A DNA stretch of 64,000 nucleotides from Takakia lepidozioides. Lineage: Eukaryota > Plantae > Bryophyta. Shown here piece by piece: positions 25,901-41,769 of the stretch. The DNA is taken from assembly GCA_030704615.1 (NCBI GenBank), contig CM060734.1, positions 32,178,001 to 32,242,000 of the forward strand. Reading direction: 5' to 3'. Made by a program: the position numbers and the translations under genes. The notes beneath the pieces are model-generated. The model saw nothing but the letters and a program-made list of their open reading frames with translations, did no database searches and had not been told where the DNA came from. Position 1 is the first letter of the stretch, and every line of letters starts with the position of its first letter.

Positions 25901-28423
25901 CTGGCGGAAAACATATTCATACATTACCTCTATGGAAATATCTCTTTTATAGTTTTGCTGTCGGAAATTTCATCTGTAACTTGAATGATCAAACACAGCG
26001 CAAAAACTGCATCTTCGGAAATATAATAGGGCTAGAGAAAAGAACACCTGTTGGTGGCGTTCCTTGTTCATCTCGGCAACCTGCAGCTTCACTTTAAGTG
26101 AACGGAGCTCCGGGGCCTGTTGTTTGAGGTACTCCGTCATGCGCCAGTCTCGCTCCTTCTGCAGCTCTGCTTCATGTGTTTCCATTGCAATCCGGGAATT
26201 CTCTTCCCGGGTCTGTTAAAATAATATGTCACGGGTCCAAGTTACGAGAAAGAATTAAAATAGCTTTTGTAGTCCAAATCTAGATCAGAACATTTGAATT
26301 AATAGCGTTGCCTATCTCAAAACTTACGAAGTGAAAGGGCGCTCTTGATCCGAATTACAGCGAAAGGACTAGAGTGAAAGAGGAATCATGACATGAGAGT
26401 CACACCAGTGCGAGGTGCTTTCTTGCTCGCTCTCTTTGCTCCAATTTACCTAATTCTTGGAGTTCTTCTGCATTCACGTCGGCCTACATAACCATGACTC
26501 GAGGTCACAATGCTACCTTGTAATACCAGGTAATGCCTTCATACATGCGTTTGTTGATGGCAGAGTTCGTGTTATCAAAGTCTACATATCACTTGTTTCT
26601 TAAACATAGTAGGTGTGTTTAAATCGCAATTCTAATATACACTGATCACTGACAAGGTGCGGCCAATCCTTCATGCAATTTCACTATCAACTGATGGGCA
26701 ACATTTGGTACATTGTGCAATGCAATTCATAACGATTATCAATGTCGAGAAGTTAGTTGTCAACACACCTCACGCTTATATCGGTTACCTTCAGACCTTT
26801 GAAGGAAGGTATTGCCAATGTGCGCAAGATTGTCCTGCCTCAAATATCTGTCATGTTCATTCCATCGGTAGTACTGTTTATTAATTGCTACAGGAGCATC
26901 CCGCAAATCTTCGCAGTGGCTTAGAATTTGTACTAGATTCCCTTTGGTTGACAAGCTTCGTTTTCTCAATTCTTGGAAGTGATTGTTTCCAATGTTCCAG
27001 CAGGTGGAGCAACCCTCTGTCAGTAAAACAATTGAAGGTGCGGTGACGAAACCTAAAAACAAGGCAAATGGACATACCCTTCCATAAACATTCTTTCCCC
27101 ATCAATGATTCTGTTTTTCTCCATGGCTACGTCTCGATGCTTCATACCTAACCACCGAGTGGCAAGTGCCAGACATGCCATTAAATCATCAAAACCCTAG
27201 TTTTTATGCTCCTACAGAATGATGCATGCATTTGTATGAGTTTGTGAGATTACATGCGCTAGTGATGAGAAGATGCAGTTAGAGACTACCGAACTTGCAG
27301 AGGAAGATCCTAATCGTGTATGGAAATTCAGTGTACATTGTGTGCATGACATGAATTTAGCCAAACTTATGGTGGCAGTAAGAATGGTATATAGATCACC
27401 ATGACTCTGATCCAAGCTTCACAAATGAGTTGTAATGTGAGTGAGATTCATTGCCATTTTGGTATTAAGAAAGTCCAACCCTAATAATACAAGGGGTGCA
27501 AGGCTGGAGCCTTAACATAGCCACAAGCAACGGTAGAGTGGGCCCTAACGTCAGAGCATGTCCAAGGATAGGGACACAATGATGGTGATCATAGCTATGA
27601 TAATTTTCGACAGGTAACTTGTACACATTATTCCCTCTATGTAGCTTTTAAAGCAAGCCACTTGCCTATGATATATGTACGTGATAGCTCATCCCTGCCA
27701 CCTCATGATTCTAAAATAGACCTTCAATTCAGCTTGAAGTGCTGTGGAGAGGCTATTGCTGCCTCGCGAAAGCTGAGAGAGAAAGAAAAATCTGGTAGTT
27801 AGGTTGGATATAGTACCTGCGAATGATTTTTTGGTATGTAGATATGCCTGTCCAACACCATAAAATGAACAATTAAACATCCGCCCAGGAAGTAACTCAA
27901 GGTGTAAGGAGCTACCAGACGGAAAATATTTGCTACATGCAGCTTGTTCAGGAGCTAAACTAGTGCAAACGATTGCATCCCAACGGTGTTACCAAGAATT
28001 GTGGGTGGCTTCCACTTCCTCGGGTTTAAGTTTGTTTCTGTAGATCCCGAAACTTAATTCCAGGGAGATTGGGAACCCCTTCCACATGATCGTAGAACAT
28101 TGATTATGAATTCGGGGGGCTATGGACCGTCCTGAGAAATTGGAAGATTCTTTCTCTGTGCATTTCATTATTGGAGCGAGAGAATACAATGAGGTAACTA
28201 TCACTTGTTGCGGGCCATCCAAATATAGCAAGCAAGAGCAAGCGGATGAAGCATTCCTCCTATTCCCGAAGAAAGTTATTGAGGAAACGAAATGAGTCCA
28301 ATTACTCAACATTCTTTGCTTTCACTGAAGCAACAGATACACTCACCATGATCTCTCTTCGCTTCCACCTCCGACGCAAGCCGCTCAATATGTTCAGCTG
28401 AAACCCGCGCTTCAAATATCCTC
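22915..28423 (-). CDS. MNS1: MNS1/CFAP127-like (TPH coiled-coil) axonemal protein; multi-exon, 5' end unresolved
   Basis: Resolved exons include 26212-26048, 25822-25691, 25463-25362, 24192-24057, 23782-23654, 23472-23362, 23100-22915. Likely upstream exons lie at 28423-28347, ~27146-27078 and ~26484-26407. MNS1-type motifs: ELRSLKVKLQVAEMNKERHQQ, EQLNAQ...QEHRREI, ILSEHASKLTKFLPKGV...EDL. Confidence 0.85.
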
Positions 28424-30979
28424 CTGCAAGCGGCAACAAAGTAGAAGCAGTGTTTCTTGTTTCAACGTGGGTACGAAGGAGACACTGAAACGACTCAACA
28501 CAGATTTCAACGACACCAAGGTTGAACAGGACGGTATGGTATGTATGTACAGACAGACAAACTGCAAGGAAGAGAAGCAATCTGCTAGGGTTAGCTCAGG
28601 ATTAGGGCGAGAATGAGCACGATCAGAACCTCCAGCAAGCTCAGGTGGTTGCACAACATAACATTTGTGCCCTAACTTTTAATCAGTAGTTGGATGAACA
28701 GAAGGTGGATGGATGAATAGTTTTATTGACCTAAAACGTGAGCTCACCGACTCGTAAAAGACCCTGCTGTATTTTCTTAGGGACCTCTCTAATAAAAGTC
28801 CGTTCCGAGATAAGTTACCACCATAAGCCCTGGGCAGCAGTGGAATTTTGCACAGGTTCTCGACAGGTGCCTCACATCCAAACTGTTCTTTGACGAAGGG
28901 TGAAATCCTGGCCCTCCAAAATTCGAATGTTTTCGAACCCGGTCCTGAGGCAGGGTTCTCGAAAACCTGGAAAGTTCCCCGCCAGACTTTAGCGCTCGCT
29001 CAGTCTTATTACGGAAGAAAGAACGCGTTGCATCACTTGACTTTGAAAACGCTTGGCTTATTTTGCTCGCGCTCCCACACATGGCCTTTTTTCCTTTATA
29101 CACTGATTGATTGGGCCCATAACTTGGTCAATCTCACATAATCCAAGAAATTATTGACGACTTGGGACCAATGGGTCCAACATTAACTGTTCGGTTTTGG
29201 CCTGTTCCACGACGACTTGAGTCATTCACCCCAAACTAGACTGTCCACAAAGCTTTTAAGGTTACAACAATAATCCTTGTTAGTTCACCATTATACCTAC
29301 CAACCCTCCCCCAGGGTAAGACTTAATATTGGAGGGTTCGATGCAACTATTGTTACTCCAGCCGAACTAGGTACCATCTTTTCCTTCATTTTTTTTTCAT
29401 TTTGGAGGTGGCATGACTCCAAAATCATTGCCAGAATTCCTCTGGGACCTCTCACTTGCAAAATAGAGTATGTTGTGTTGCAGACACTTCTTACACCCAA
29501 ATACCTGCCATGTGATTCCATGTTCAATCATCACAATAGCTCACTTCCCAAAGTGAGATACCAGTATCCGAAAAGCTGCAGTGGCTCTTAGTTAGGATGG
29601 CTTTGGCCCAAGTCTTCCCTCCCCCAAAGTCAGATACTCGTTAGGTGAAGTGGCTCTTAGTTAAACCAACTCTTGGGGTCTTGTTATGGCGGCTTTGGTG
29701 GGCCATCTTGTCTCTCTTCAATCATCGGCTCATGGTTATGAACTTTCCTACTTCCTACCCGACACCTGCATAAGACAAAAGACAGAAGATTGGTTCACAA
29801 CAATTTGGTGAAGCACAGCTATGATTCTATTTGTGTTTTGTCCCTACCTGGGGACGGGTCCCACGTCTGAATGATGGACACTTTCTGAGTCACTCCCTTG
29901 TCTTGTCTTGTGGGCCTTGGGAATTGTGCAACCTCAATTCGGGCGGACCCTGTTGTGAGCCTTTGCTAGTAGTACATATAGTGTACAACCTCAAAGTGTC
30001 GGCCAAGAATAATGCGCAACGTGGATCATGTTGTCCCCCTTTGGGAAATTGTAGGCCCGGATCACATAGTACGCCTTCCTTCCATAATGTGCGACCTCGA
30101 TGTCGGCCGGGATCATTGTTGATTCTCGACCGTAAAGCATCGTTCCAGTTGCGCACCGCGCCCCCATATGGCACTTGTTAACCAACACCGCAATGGCACA
30201 CCATCCTATCCAGCGAATGACTTCATCCATCCCCTACTTCATCCATGTCAGGAAGGACAGCACGAAGCGTGCGACGGCGCCCGGCATCTGTTTTTTACTT
30301 GCACTGCCAGCCAATCCGTGGACTTGGTCCTGGATGAAATCCCGATGGTCTTGAGGATGAAGACCGCCGCCGACGGACACGCGGCCGTGCGCTGCCCAGT
30401 AACGTGACTTGCAGTAATCAACAGCTGCCGCCAGCTGTCCGTGTCTCCGGTCTTTCTCATCCAATCGCCCACTCCCTTGTCTACATTTTAATAAAAATAA
30501 TTTAGAGGGGACTGTGTACTAGGATCTCACACGCTGATAGATTTTATCGAAACTTTTAATTATAATTTTAAACAAATTTTACTTACTTATCTACTTATTT
30601 ATTTATTGCAGCGTCTGCAGGGATAAGCCAGGCTTATTACAGTTGTAACTTCGCCGCCCACACTCCACCTCTTTTAATTTTTCTTTTATTTCGTTTTCTA
30701 ATTACCTGAACAGTGGACCTGCAAAACTTTATTTGAAGTATTATTGAACGGAAAAAGATTAAAACCCGCCCGAAGGCCGCCATAAGGCATTTGCTCATAT
30801 TTATCAATCATGGAAAAATATCCTTCAAAAACAAAACAAAAAACAAATTACTCAAATGCGGCGGCGGCCTACTACCGGCGGTAGGTAGTTAGCTGCCAAG
30901 CCTTACTTTGTTTTTGTTTTCTTTAAATCTTATTTTTAGCCGACAAAATCACGTTACTGGTTTTTCAGAGAACAAAAAC

Positions 30980-31479
30980 NNNNNNNNNNNNNNNNNNNNN
31001 NNNNNNNNNNNNNNNNNNNNNNNNNNNNNNNNNNNNNNNNNNNNNNNNNNNNNNNNNNNNNNNNNNNNNNNNNNNNNNNNNNNNNNNNNNNNNNNNNNNN
31101 NNNNNNNNNNNNNNNNNNNNNNNNNNNNNNNNNNNNNNNNNNNNNNNNNNNNNNNNNNNNNNNNNNNNNNNNNNNNNNNNNNNNNNNNNNNNNNNNNNNN
31201 NNNNNNNNNNNNNNNNNNNNNNNNNNNNNNNNNNNNNNNNNNNNNNNNNNNNNNNNNNNNNNNNNNNNNNNNNNNNNNNNNNNNNNNNNNNNNNNNNNNN
31301 NNNNNNNNNNNNNNNNNNNNNNNNNNNNNNNNNNNNNNNNNNNNNNNNNNNNNNNNNNNNNNNNNNNNNNNNNNNNNNNNNNNNNNNNNNNNNNNNNNNN
31401 NNNNNNNNNNNNNNNNNNNNNNNNNNNNNNNNNNNNNNNNNNNNNNNNNNNNNNNNNNNNNNNNNNNNNNNNNNNNNNN
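30980..31479. other. Assembly gap (500 N)
   Basis: A run of exactly 500 N; the true size and the continuity across it are unknown. Confidence 0.99.
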
Positions 31480-32403
31480 TAGGTTGCCGTGGAGGCGAGA
31501 CCGGCTACCATGGCTCGGCACTGCTGGTGTCGGGCTACACCCCGTAGGTCTACCGGACATAACCGAGGTGGTGGTGGGCTACGGCGGGCGACAGGCCTGT
31601 CCAGGACAAGTTAAACGCTGCCATGTAGGCAAATGCCTCCTAACCTCGGTTATGTTATAAAGGGGAAGGCCTCGAGGGGAGGGGGTTCCTGGATTTAAGG
31701 GCACTAGGCGCACTTAGGCTGAGGGCGGTAGCCCGAGGCTGTGCCCGAAAATCCATGAACCCCTGACCCGAGTGGCCTTCCTCTGCATAAAGCACGTGAA
31801 GATCTAGCGGTGCATTCCACCGTTGCGTATTGCCCTCCCTCGTCAATCGAGCTATTCTGCTCTAGGAGGAGCAGATAACAAAGAGAAAAATCCCAAAGTG
31901 CTTTATGAAGTAGAAGGAGGGAGCACCAGCCCACATATCTTACTTCTATGCTAGCATATATCAATTGAAACACCATTGCCCTCCCTCCCCATTGGGCTCT
32001 CCAATCCTCTCCCTTTTTTCTACCTTCAGGGATAGCTCTTATTCAGAATTTTTTTTTTTAATTTTAATTTTTAGTCCAACTCTTTTTTATTTTCTTACCT
32101 CTTATAACAGGAAGGTGGACACCTTCATGACACACCAGACGGTGGTTTGAACCCACAACCCAGAATTATACAATCGTAATAGTGATAATATTACTAATAC
32201 AATATAATACTATAATATAATAATATATTACGATAGATAGATATATACAGTATAATATATTGTAGTGTATATAATGTACTATATAATATTAATACTAATA
32301 CATTACAGTAGTATATTAGTATATATTATTAAACAGTATATAATATAATAGTGACGAAGCCTCATGTGACCTCCTCGTAGGAAGCTACTACAGCAGGTTC
32401 CTC

Positions 32404-33781
<1,378 letters not shown>

Positions 33782-36700
33782 GGATGTTACCTGTCTGGAG
33801 GAATAAAATATGTAAGGCGATTGCAGATAACAATCCTCGCTCTTAGACACACACACAGGTCTACACACACACTCTCGAATAAAACATACATAAGGTCCAA
33901 GAATCCACTACACTGAAAACTTGCAGGTGATCCTCTTGCAACCTCAGCACACCGGAACTGCGGCTCAGTATTCTTTCAGTCGGTCTTTCAGGACTGTGTG
34001 TAGAGGAAAGCTCCAGTTCACATATACAGCACGACACAAAGTAACCAAATTCTAGGAGACACCAGTGTACTTCTCCCACCTGAATCTTCGCGTTTGTAGT
34101 GTGGAGTTTCGACGGTAACTCAATCCGGGCCAAAAGGCGAGTGCGTAGCTGTGCGTAGCTGTGCGTTCATGACTCTTGCGCTCTCTTCGGTCCCATTGAC
34201 AGGAACAAACACAATCGCCTTTTCTCTGTGCGAGCACCAATTTGTTTCAGTGCCTAGGCTAGTTTGAGACTACCAAACCGCGCACCTCAGATACCAATCT
34301 CTCTCTTTCTTGGAGCAGTAGGCTCTGCAGAAATGCTGTCAGCTCGATTGTCTTTCTCTTCGACTATAGTTTGTGAACTGGCTGGACGTCAAACTCCCTT
34401 AGACTTTCTTCGTCTTTTTCTGTTGAACACCGACCAGCCTCCTCCTCGTTTCTCCCTGCCGCGCGGCGAGGTGCAGAACGAGACGAGGAATTGGCTGTTG
34501 CTCTGCAAAGCACCGCAGCAATAAAGTCGAAGCAGACGGTGCACAGACGACGCTATTTGTACCTTCGTACGCACGATGATACGATAGCGAATTTATACGT
34601 ACCTACTCTACCTTGTGAGTACCTGTATACGATGCATTCTGTTTCTGGCCGGACGACCGCCGCCTTCATACATTCAACCTACCCTACGGGTATCCTTGTA
34701 ACATAGTAGGGTTTTATGTATTATTTTTATCTATTTTTAAATTAAATGAACAGGGGACCATTTTTTTTCCTTTTTTCTTAGAACCATTACTTAATTGCAT
34801 TTATCTGAGACAGCCTAGGGGGACAAAAAAAAAGGGAGAGAGAAAGAAAAAAGAAAAGCATGTTGGGCTTGATGGTATAAAAGGTGTGCAAGGGGACAGC
34901 CACGGGACAGTTGTCCGGGACCGTCCTGGCGGGCATAGTAGGTGGGACTGCTTGAGTCCTGCCACATTTATATTTACGTACCTAGCCTATATAACACTGC
35001 GCTGCATGGCTTTTGTAATTAATTATATGTGGGCATTCAATGGTGGGGAGTCGGGACAGCGTGGGACCTTGTTTTGAGCGTGCGAACAGCAAGTGACGAA
35101 GTTGCGCCGAAGGGAGGGTTCGGGGAACGTGGGGAATGTATGTGGCCGCTTTCACACGGAGGGGCCGCTCGACATTTTGGAGGGTCGTGTTGCCGGTGCG
35201 AATAGGGGTAGGGATTCGGGAACAGGTTTGGCGATACCGGCGCTGGACAAGAAAGGAACCTGCACTATTCCACGTTTGGCCTGTCCTGACAAATCACAGC
35301 TCCACGCTTGGCAACTGTTTTGCCTTAATAGCCGGATTCCTTGGGAAATTTGTCAGCATTACGAACGTGGCACGTTATGCTGATGCACGTCATGGCATGG
35401 GGGCGGATGACATCACAGATGAGGAGGAGAACCCGGCTTCAACGTCCGGGGAGAACCGGCAGCCAGTTACATGCTAGCCGACTGAATTCCAGAATTTCCG
35501 AATGAAATATAAAACCTCAGGAAATGGATCCGAGGGAAAAAATGGCCGAAGTGGAAATCAACCGGGGGCCCTACTTTTAGGAAGGATATTTGCCTTTCCA
35601 TTTCATTACAGACAGGAAATCTGCCTTAGTTGGCAAGGCCTGGACGGATTCCGGCCCTTCTTATATTACAAAAAATGGAAATGGCCGTCGAAGTCCACCA
35701 CATGGCAGAAATCCAACGTGCCAGGCCGGGTTACATCCAAGGAAGGGCGTTTAGGTGAAAAAATATTGAACTCAAAGAGGGCGGGCCCGCGGGCAAACCC
35801 TACTAAGTCTGGACGTTGCTCTCGCAGCCCCAGCCCCACGCCTGCTTGCACTCGCTGCCTGCTATCACAGCTCAGCTCACCTGTCCACGCGGGTTCAATT
35901 CTTGGCCTCCATGTGGTTTGAAGGCATTGAGAGGTCCAACTTCTATAAGGGTACAATGTTCTTCACTTGTTTGAATTGCTTAAAACTGGTTGTGATTATT
36001 TATTATTATTATTATTTACTTATTGTTGTGCATTTGACACTTGTGTTGTCAACCGATTGATATTTATAAGGGCCGGATTTATAGCTGAACACAAAATAAA
36101 TCATTCGGAATATTACCGGTTGTAAAGAATTTATCTCGGAAATTGACCGGGTATAGTTACCACTAAGGGGCAGCAACCGACTGCCCAACCCACTTAGCCG
36201 ATTGCTGCTGGGAATCAGCGGCTACTGGCTGGTTCAACTGAAATTATTTCCCGGACGCTGCCCGGCTTATCCATTAAGCCTAGAGAGAGAGAGAGCCTAG
36301 TCTTTAGAGGGTTGATGGACCCGCAAGGGATAGAGCCATAGTGGATACATCTTTAGGGAGAGAACTAGGCTTATCCATTAAGCCTAGTCTATGGAGGGTT
36401 GACGGGAATGATTCATGAAGCCCTAGAAAAAGTATAAAACAACAACCACAAAATCACCAAAGGATAGAGCCTCTTGTGGCAGAGCCGTTTGTTTTGCATA
36501 AAGGGGAGGTAGCCCTTGGAGTTTTATTGATGATTATTGGAGGGAAAAAAATTAAAACCTTTACATGCCCCAAGGCTGCCATAAGGCTGCCATTCTTTTA
36601 GTGGCGAATAATCGCCAAATTTCGACCTCACATAAAATGAAATACTCTGTCGCAAATTCCCTGTTTCTCATGGATGAAATCGCCGGACTTCCCCAAATTA

Positions 36701-37333
36701 AAAAGAAATTATAGATGAATTCTCCAAACATGGATGAAAATATAGACGAGGGATTCTATCCAAATTTCAGTGGATGAGTATAATATACGGCTATTTCCTG
36801 CAAAACTCAGTATCCATCCACCCAGTGTATTTTCCAATTTCAAAAAACAAATCGCTGCTGTTAAGTTGGGCCTAGTCTACTATACCATTATATAATGTAT
36901 GAATAGTACTGTGGAAAGGGCGTCTCCGACTGGGGATTTTGCTGTGTTTTGCTCTAAAGAATTAGTGGAAACGTGTCAAAGGGTGGGGTAGGGTAGGACA
37001 TGTGGGGGTGTCTCTAGGGTCTTCTGGAAGGCCCCACCATCGCCTTCTGGAAGTCTCCAGCCCGCCCAAGCTTATATATAAGGGGGTGCTCCCCTCACTA
37101 CTATACATATATAGTAACTATTTTAGTTAGTATTTAGGGGCAGGCTGCTAGCTTCCATGGGCACTCCCAATCACCCCAACTTTTTCAAAGACCCCGGGGG
37201 GGGGGGGGGGGGGGGGGGTGGGGGTTTTAAATAGAGTATTCTTGAAGGGCACACCCCATTGCGTCCAAAAATCACGTTCCTTCGCCAAGGGGCGATCAGG
37301 TTTTGCGCCGCCTACCACATATATTGTATTTCT

Positions 37334-38433
37334 CAGTGTTGTACTGGTATGTCCATTTTGGCATACCCGACTGGTCCTTGTAGGTCCAACTTGGCTGTTG
37401 GGTCGAACTGGTAGGGCCCGGGGTAGATTAGGACTCGCGGGGGTAGGTTATAGGATGGGTATGGGTATTTCAAATTTTGAGATATCCTGGTCCTAGGCAT
37501 GGGTGTGACAAAAACTCAAATGATATATTGGGCATGTACGATGGTATGGTTATATTTTTAATGGATCCTGGTATCTTCGACAATTACATTATATATTATG
37601 GTATTTGAAGGTTAACTTCATGTTATTTCTACATGTCATTTATATTTAAACCCACAAACCCCTGTTGTTATTTATAAATTTATATTTTTGATACATGGTT
37701 ATATTATTGTGATACATGTTGTAGTGGTTGGGATACATGATGCCAGCGGCTCAAATCAGTGATGCCAGCGGCTGGGAGCCAAAAGATATAGCGCTATTTT
37801 TTACAAAGTTGCACAAATGTGAATGAGAATAAGCACAAAAAAAATGTATCATTACACATACCGATGCTAGCTTGGGTTCATCAATCCTCAATACTCAATC
37901 CTCAAAATAGTTCATACCAGTGTTGGTCTGGTATCTAAGTTTCGCCGATACCCGGCTCTCTCCTAACCTAACCTACAGTTCTCTGTTCCGTAACCATTTG
38001 TAGTACCCTACCAGAAGGTTCTTGAGTTCCCCGACGGCCCCCCAAACCCTACCAGGCGGCGGTTCGGGTTCTCCTTTCCCCAGCCCCTACCACAGCTCGA
38101 CACGTCGCTGCAGGTCTGATGGGGTATCATATTAATATGCACATATGCAACCTTTTTTGGTCTTGGGGTGGTTGTTTAATTGCAAGTGCGATTACAGCCG
38201 TAGTGGAGGCAAAATCTAGCTGATATTATATACCAGGGTTGATATGTCCATGCTATTATCTTCACCCTGATATTCATACCATCTGGAGGTTTTTGAATAC
38301 CTATACTTATACTTATACCTTCCTGGACCTTCACCTTACCTACCTAGGACCATACCAGCCTGAAGAAAGAAGGGGCCTCTCAAGACCAGGACCTAGGCTG
38401 GTATATTATAATTCCAATACCAGTACAACAGTG
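37334..38433. mobile_element. Non-autonomous hAT-type element, probably with nested pieces
   Basis: TIRs CAGTGTTGTACTGGTAT / ATACCAGTACAACAGTG (16/17). The 8-bp flanks GTATTTCT / GTATGTAT match 6/8. Confidence 0.6.
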
Positions 38434-40314
38434 GTATGTATGACTTGTCAATATGTAAACAGATTAACCCCTAAACGACGAGGCGACCTGAATCACGTCG
38501 CTCCGATTTTTCATCCATTTGCAGCGGGTGTGGATGATGTTGGATGAAGGCGAGCTCTGAATGAAAAATCAATCCCCCAAAATTCTCTACGCGATGGGCT
38601 TTATAGCGCCCCCAAAGAGTAAATATTCTGGCGTCAGCTATTTTTGCAAGCATTGGCTTCATTTATGGCCATGAGGCCTACAGGACGATCAACGCCCAGC
38701 CCACACACGGGGCAGGGAAGCGGGTTTGAAGCCTGAACCAACCCTGCTCAAAATCCTCATTCTCCTCACTCTCACTAGCCATCACAAGCCAAGCCCACCT
38801 ACCCACCAATCCTAACCTACACTAGGCCCTACCAGTTGGACCCAAGAGCCAAGATAGACCTACCATGACCAGTCTGGTATGTTAAAATAGACGGGGACGC
38901 AATGATAGGTGTACTTGCTCAAGCTACTCTTTCAAAGTAACCTCGTCGCGAAGGCTTTCGACACTGCGTCGGAAGGGGGAGAAGAACATACCGGAGTTGC
39001 ACTGGTATCAGTTTTAGGACATACTAGACTGGTCCTGATACCAGACGTATCACAAAACTTTTATACCGATCTGGTCTATTTAATAACAGATATATTTTTT
39101 TTTCCAGGTACTAGTATGAGTATGAATATCATGACCACAATACCAGCTGGTATAAGATATCAATTGTGGTATCATTCCGAAGCCATCATTGAATAACAAG
39201 TTTATCAAATAGCAAGTATCAAGTGAAAACAAATACAATACAACAAATATATATATATACATAAGTACAAATACGTAGGCATATATCCAAAATTAGTATA
39301 GTGCACATACCACACTAGTGCACTCAGTGCCACCCTGATGATTATGGGGTCAAATCCTGCTATCTTTACGGCTGTGGTATGTTCCAATGTTGGACTGGTA
39401 TATAGGGTCTCGCGGGGTATCAACGATATTGAATAACTTAACCGACCCGGCTGGTATTGGCTAGAGAGAGAGAGGACTCCATACGGAGCCGGCGTAAGGC
39501 GTGCACTTCGCATCGCAGCTACTCCCCCCTTTCGAGAGTGGGCCCTATAGGTATTGGCTATTGTAATACTAGGGTTAATAACCGAACATGCTGGTATTGG
39601 CAATTCCAATACTAGGGTTAATAACCAAACCGGCTGGAATAAAATTGAGGAATAAAATTGGGGGCAATTTCTTTGTGGGGTGATTGGAGTGTCCGTGGAG
39701 CACTAACCCCTTTTGAAGGGGAGATTCCATCTTGGGGTGATTCTTTTGCATGGTGATGAGAGATTGGCTAGTAGTTGCTTGCTTGTGGTGTTTTGGCACC
39801 AACGGAGGAGATTGGATAGAAAATGAGCATACTCACACCAATGTGAGCATGCTTACGCGACCAAACTATAATATTCAATAGATTCCTGAAATATCCTGAG
39901 AATATACTACAACGAAACACAAATACGCTCACACAACAGAAACTGCGAAACTACTTCAAAATTTGTGCTCACACAAAGCTATCTTCGTTCGGTTTTTTTT
40001 TTTTTGTTTGTTTCACCAATGAAACTCATTGTTCCTGCATGAGTACAAATTTTGAAATAGTTTCACTGGCGAAATATGGCTGTTTAGAAAATTATAAAAT
40101 TAAAACAATATTTCGCTAGTAAATATTTGTGTTCTACAAAGGGTTTTAGCTAACAATACTTATAAACCATGTAATTGACCCTTTTAACTTAGCAATACCT
40201 TATATCCGTATATGACTTGCATTTCCGTTTGCAAACATATCACCCTATAACCGTGCATCATGCTCAAGCTTGTTTTTTTTTTGCTCGCGCTCTGCTCACT
40301 AGCCTGGTACCAAC

Positions 40315-41005
40315 CAGTGTTGTACTGATATTGAATTTTTAACATACCAGCCAGGTCCGGGGCTTGATTTTTTTTTAAATGTGAACACTGGTATGGCCCT
40401 AGGTATTGCAGAACAAGGATTTCTGAAATACAATTCTGGTATAAGTGTTGCTTTTTGCAAAGAACCAATGTGGTATCAATAGTAGGGTTTCGAATTGTGC
40501 AATATCAGGCAGATATCAACCCGGGGATGAAGTTTATTCTCACGACAGATAGGCTGAATTCCATGTGACATCAAGGGTTTCCAATACATACACAGGCATA
40601 CCCAGCCACGATTTGTCCATTGCCACTGCAATCCTTGGTGTAATCACAGCTGCAATTACACAACCACCCCAAATCTAACAAATTTGTCACACTAACTGCA
40701 ATCTGCCGCCCAAAGGTTCCCTCTACACAGCCGTCACCCTTCCGTAGAATGTGTGTTAGCATATTGCAAGATCCCACCCAGGATTGAAGAAGGAAATCGG
40801 GGTCTTTGAAACTGGTATCGCGCTCTGCATTCACGAGAGGTATCAATATGAGTATGGTAGGGTGGCTGCCCGAAATCAGGTAACACTTGGTCTATCCTAG
40901 GTATTGCGGCCGTCACCTACCCGCCTAGTAGGTTCTCTCCAGTTCTCTCATACCATGTTGATACCCACTATTGATACCTACTATTCATACTCGGGTTAAA
41001 CACTG
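40315..41005. mobile_element. hAT-type non-autonomous element (possibly composite)
   Basis: Begins CAGTGTT and ends AACACTG; exact 8-bp TSD GTACCAAC at 40307-40314 and 41006-41013. Confidence 0.65.
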
Positions 41006-41013
41006 GTACCAAC

Positions 41014-41769
41014 CAGTGTTGGGCGGTTATTTATATTTTTTGCTAACATGCGGTTGCGGTTACATTGGAACTCAATATTGAAATAACCTAGTAGGCCGGT
41101 TCTTTCAATTTATTGACTTTCTAATAACCTGCCGGTTGTGGTTAAGAATGACATGTTTTTTTGGCCGGGTATCCATAAATCCGGTTATCATTTTCGCTAT
41201 AATTGAGGGTTATACAACCGGTTATGTATATTTATTTACAAAGCAATATAGAATTATAGCTGAAATTTGTATCAATCATAAATATATTTTCAAGTCTGCA
41301 TTAGTACAATAGAGCCGGCCTGTAGATATATTTTAGATATACACATGCATCTAAAATTACTAAAAGAATGGGGCTCATCCATGGGGATTTCAAAAAATAC
41401 AATGTCTTATCATAATGTTTCAATGTGTTTCAAAATATGAAGCCTGGCAAGCTCATTCACAAATTTAGCCAAGGACTCACATTAGGTTATTAGACCCAAT
41501 ATATATATTCATATATTAGACCACTCATTTTTTTTATTTTTTTTTCATAACCGTGCACTTAAAAAATACCCAACCGGTTGTCTACATCAATTTTTAAAAT
41601 TTTGGCCTCCGCCGGTTACTATTGGGACCGGTTATTTGTATGCCTACGTGACTCTGTCGGTTCCTAACAGGACCGGTTATTTCAAATTTTCATCTCCTGT
41701 GTTTATATATATAACCGGATAGATAACCAATTGTTATTAGAGACAAGATTAAATAACTGCCCAACATTG
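41014..41769. mobile_element. hAT-type MITE, 756 bp
   Basis: TIRs CAGTGTTGGGCGGTTATTTA / TAAATAACTGCCCAACATTG (18/20). Perfect 8-bp TSD GTACCAAC (41006-41013, 41770-41777). ACCGGTT/CCGGTTA subterminal repeats. An orphan right TIR sits at 42630-42648. Confidence 0.88.

Noticed and set aside
1010-28423. Functional ciliary cluster (DDX59 plus MNS1)
   Set aside because: Unrelated genes intervene and nothing in the sequence indicates co-regulation.
29831-30472. GC-richer overlapping ORFs; LITASHV resembles a trypsin-like motif
   Set aside because: No other protease motif or splice structure supports it.
30908-31660. Long ORFs (250, 203 and 185 aa) in the ORF track
   Set aside because: They are artefacts of translating through the 500-N gap.
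35093-35956. Cluster of 96-139 aa ORFs
   Set aside because: No recognisable motifs or exon pattern; consistent with chance ORFs in GC-richer DNA.
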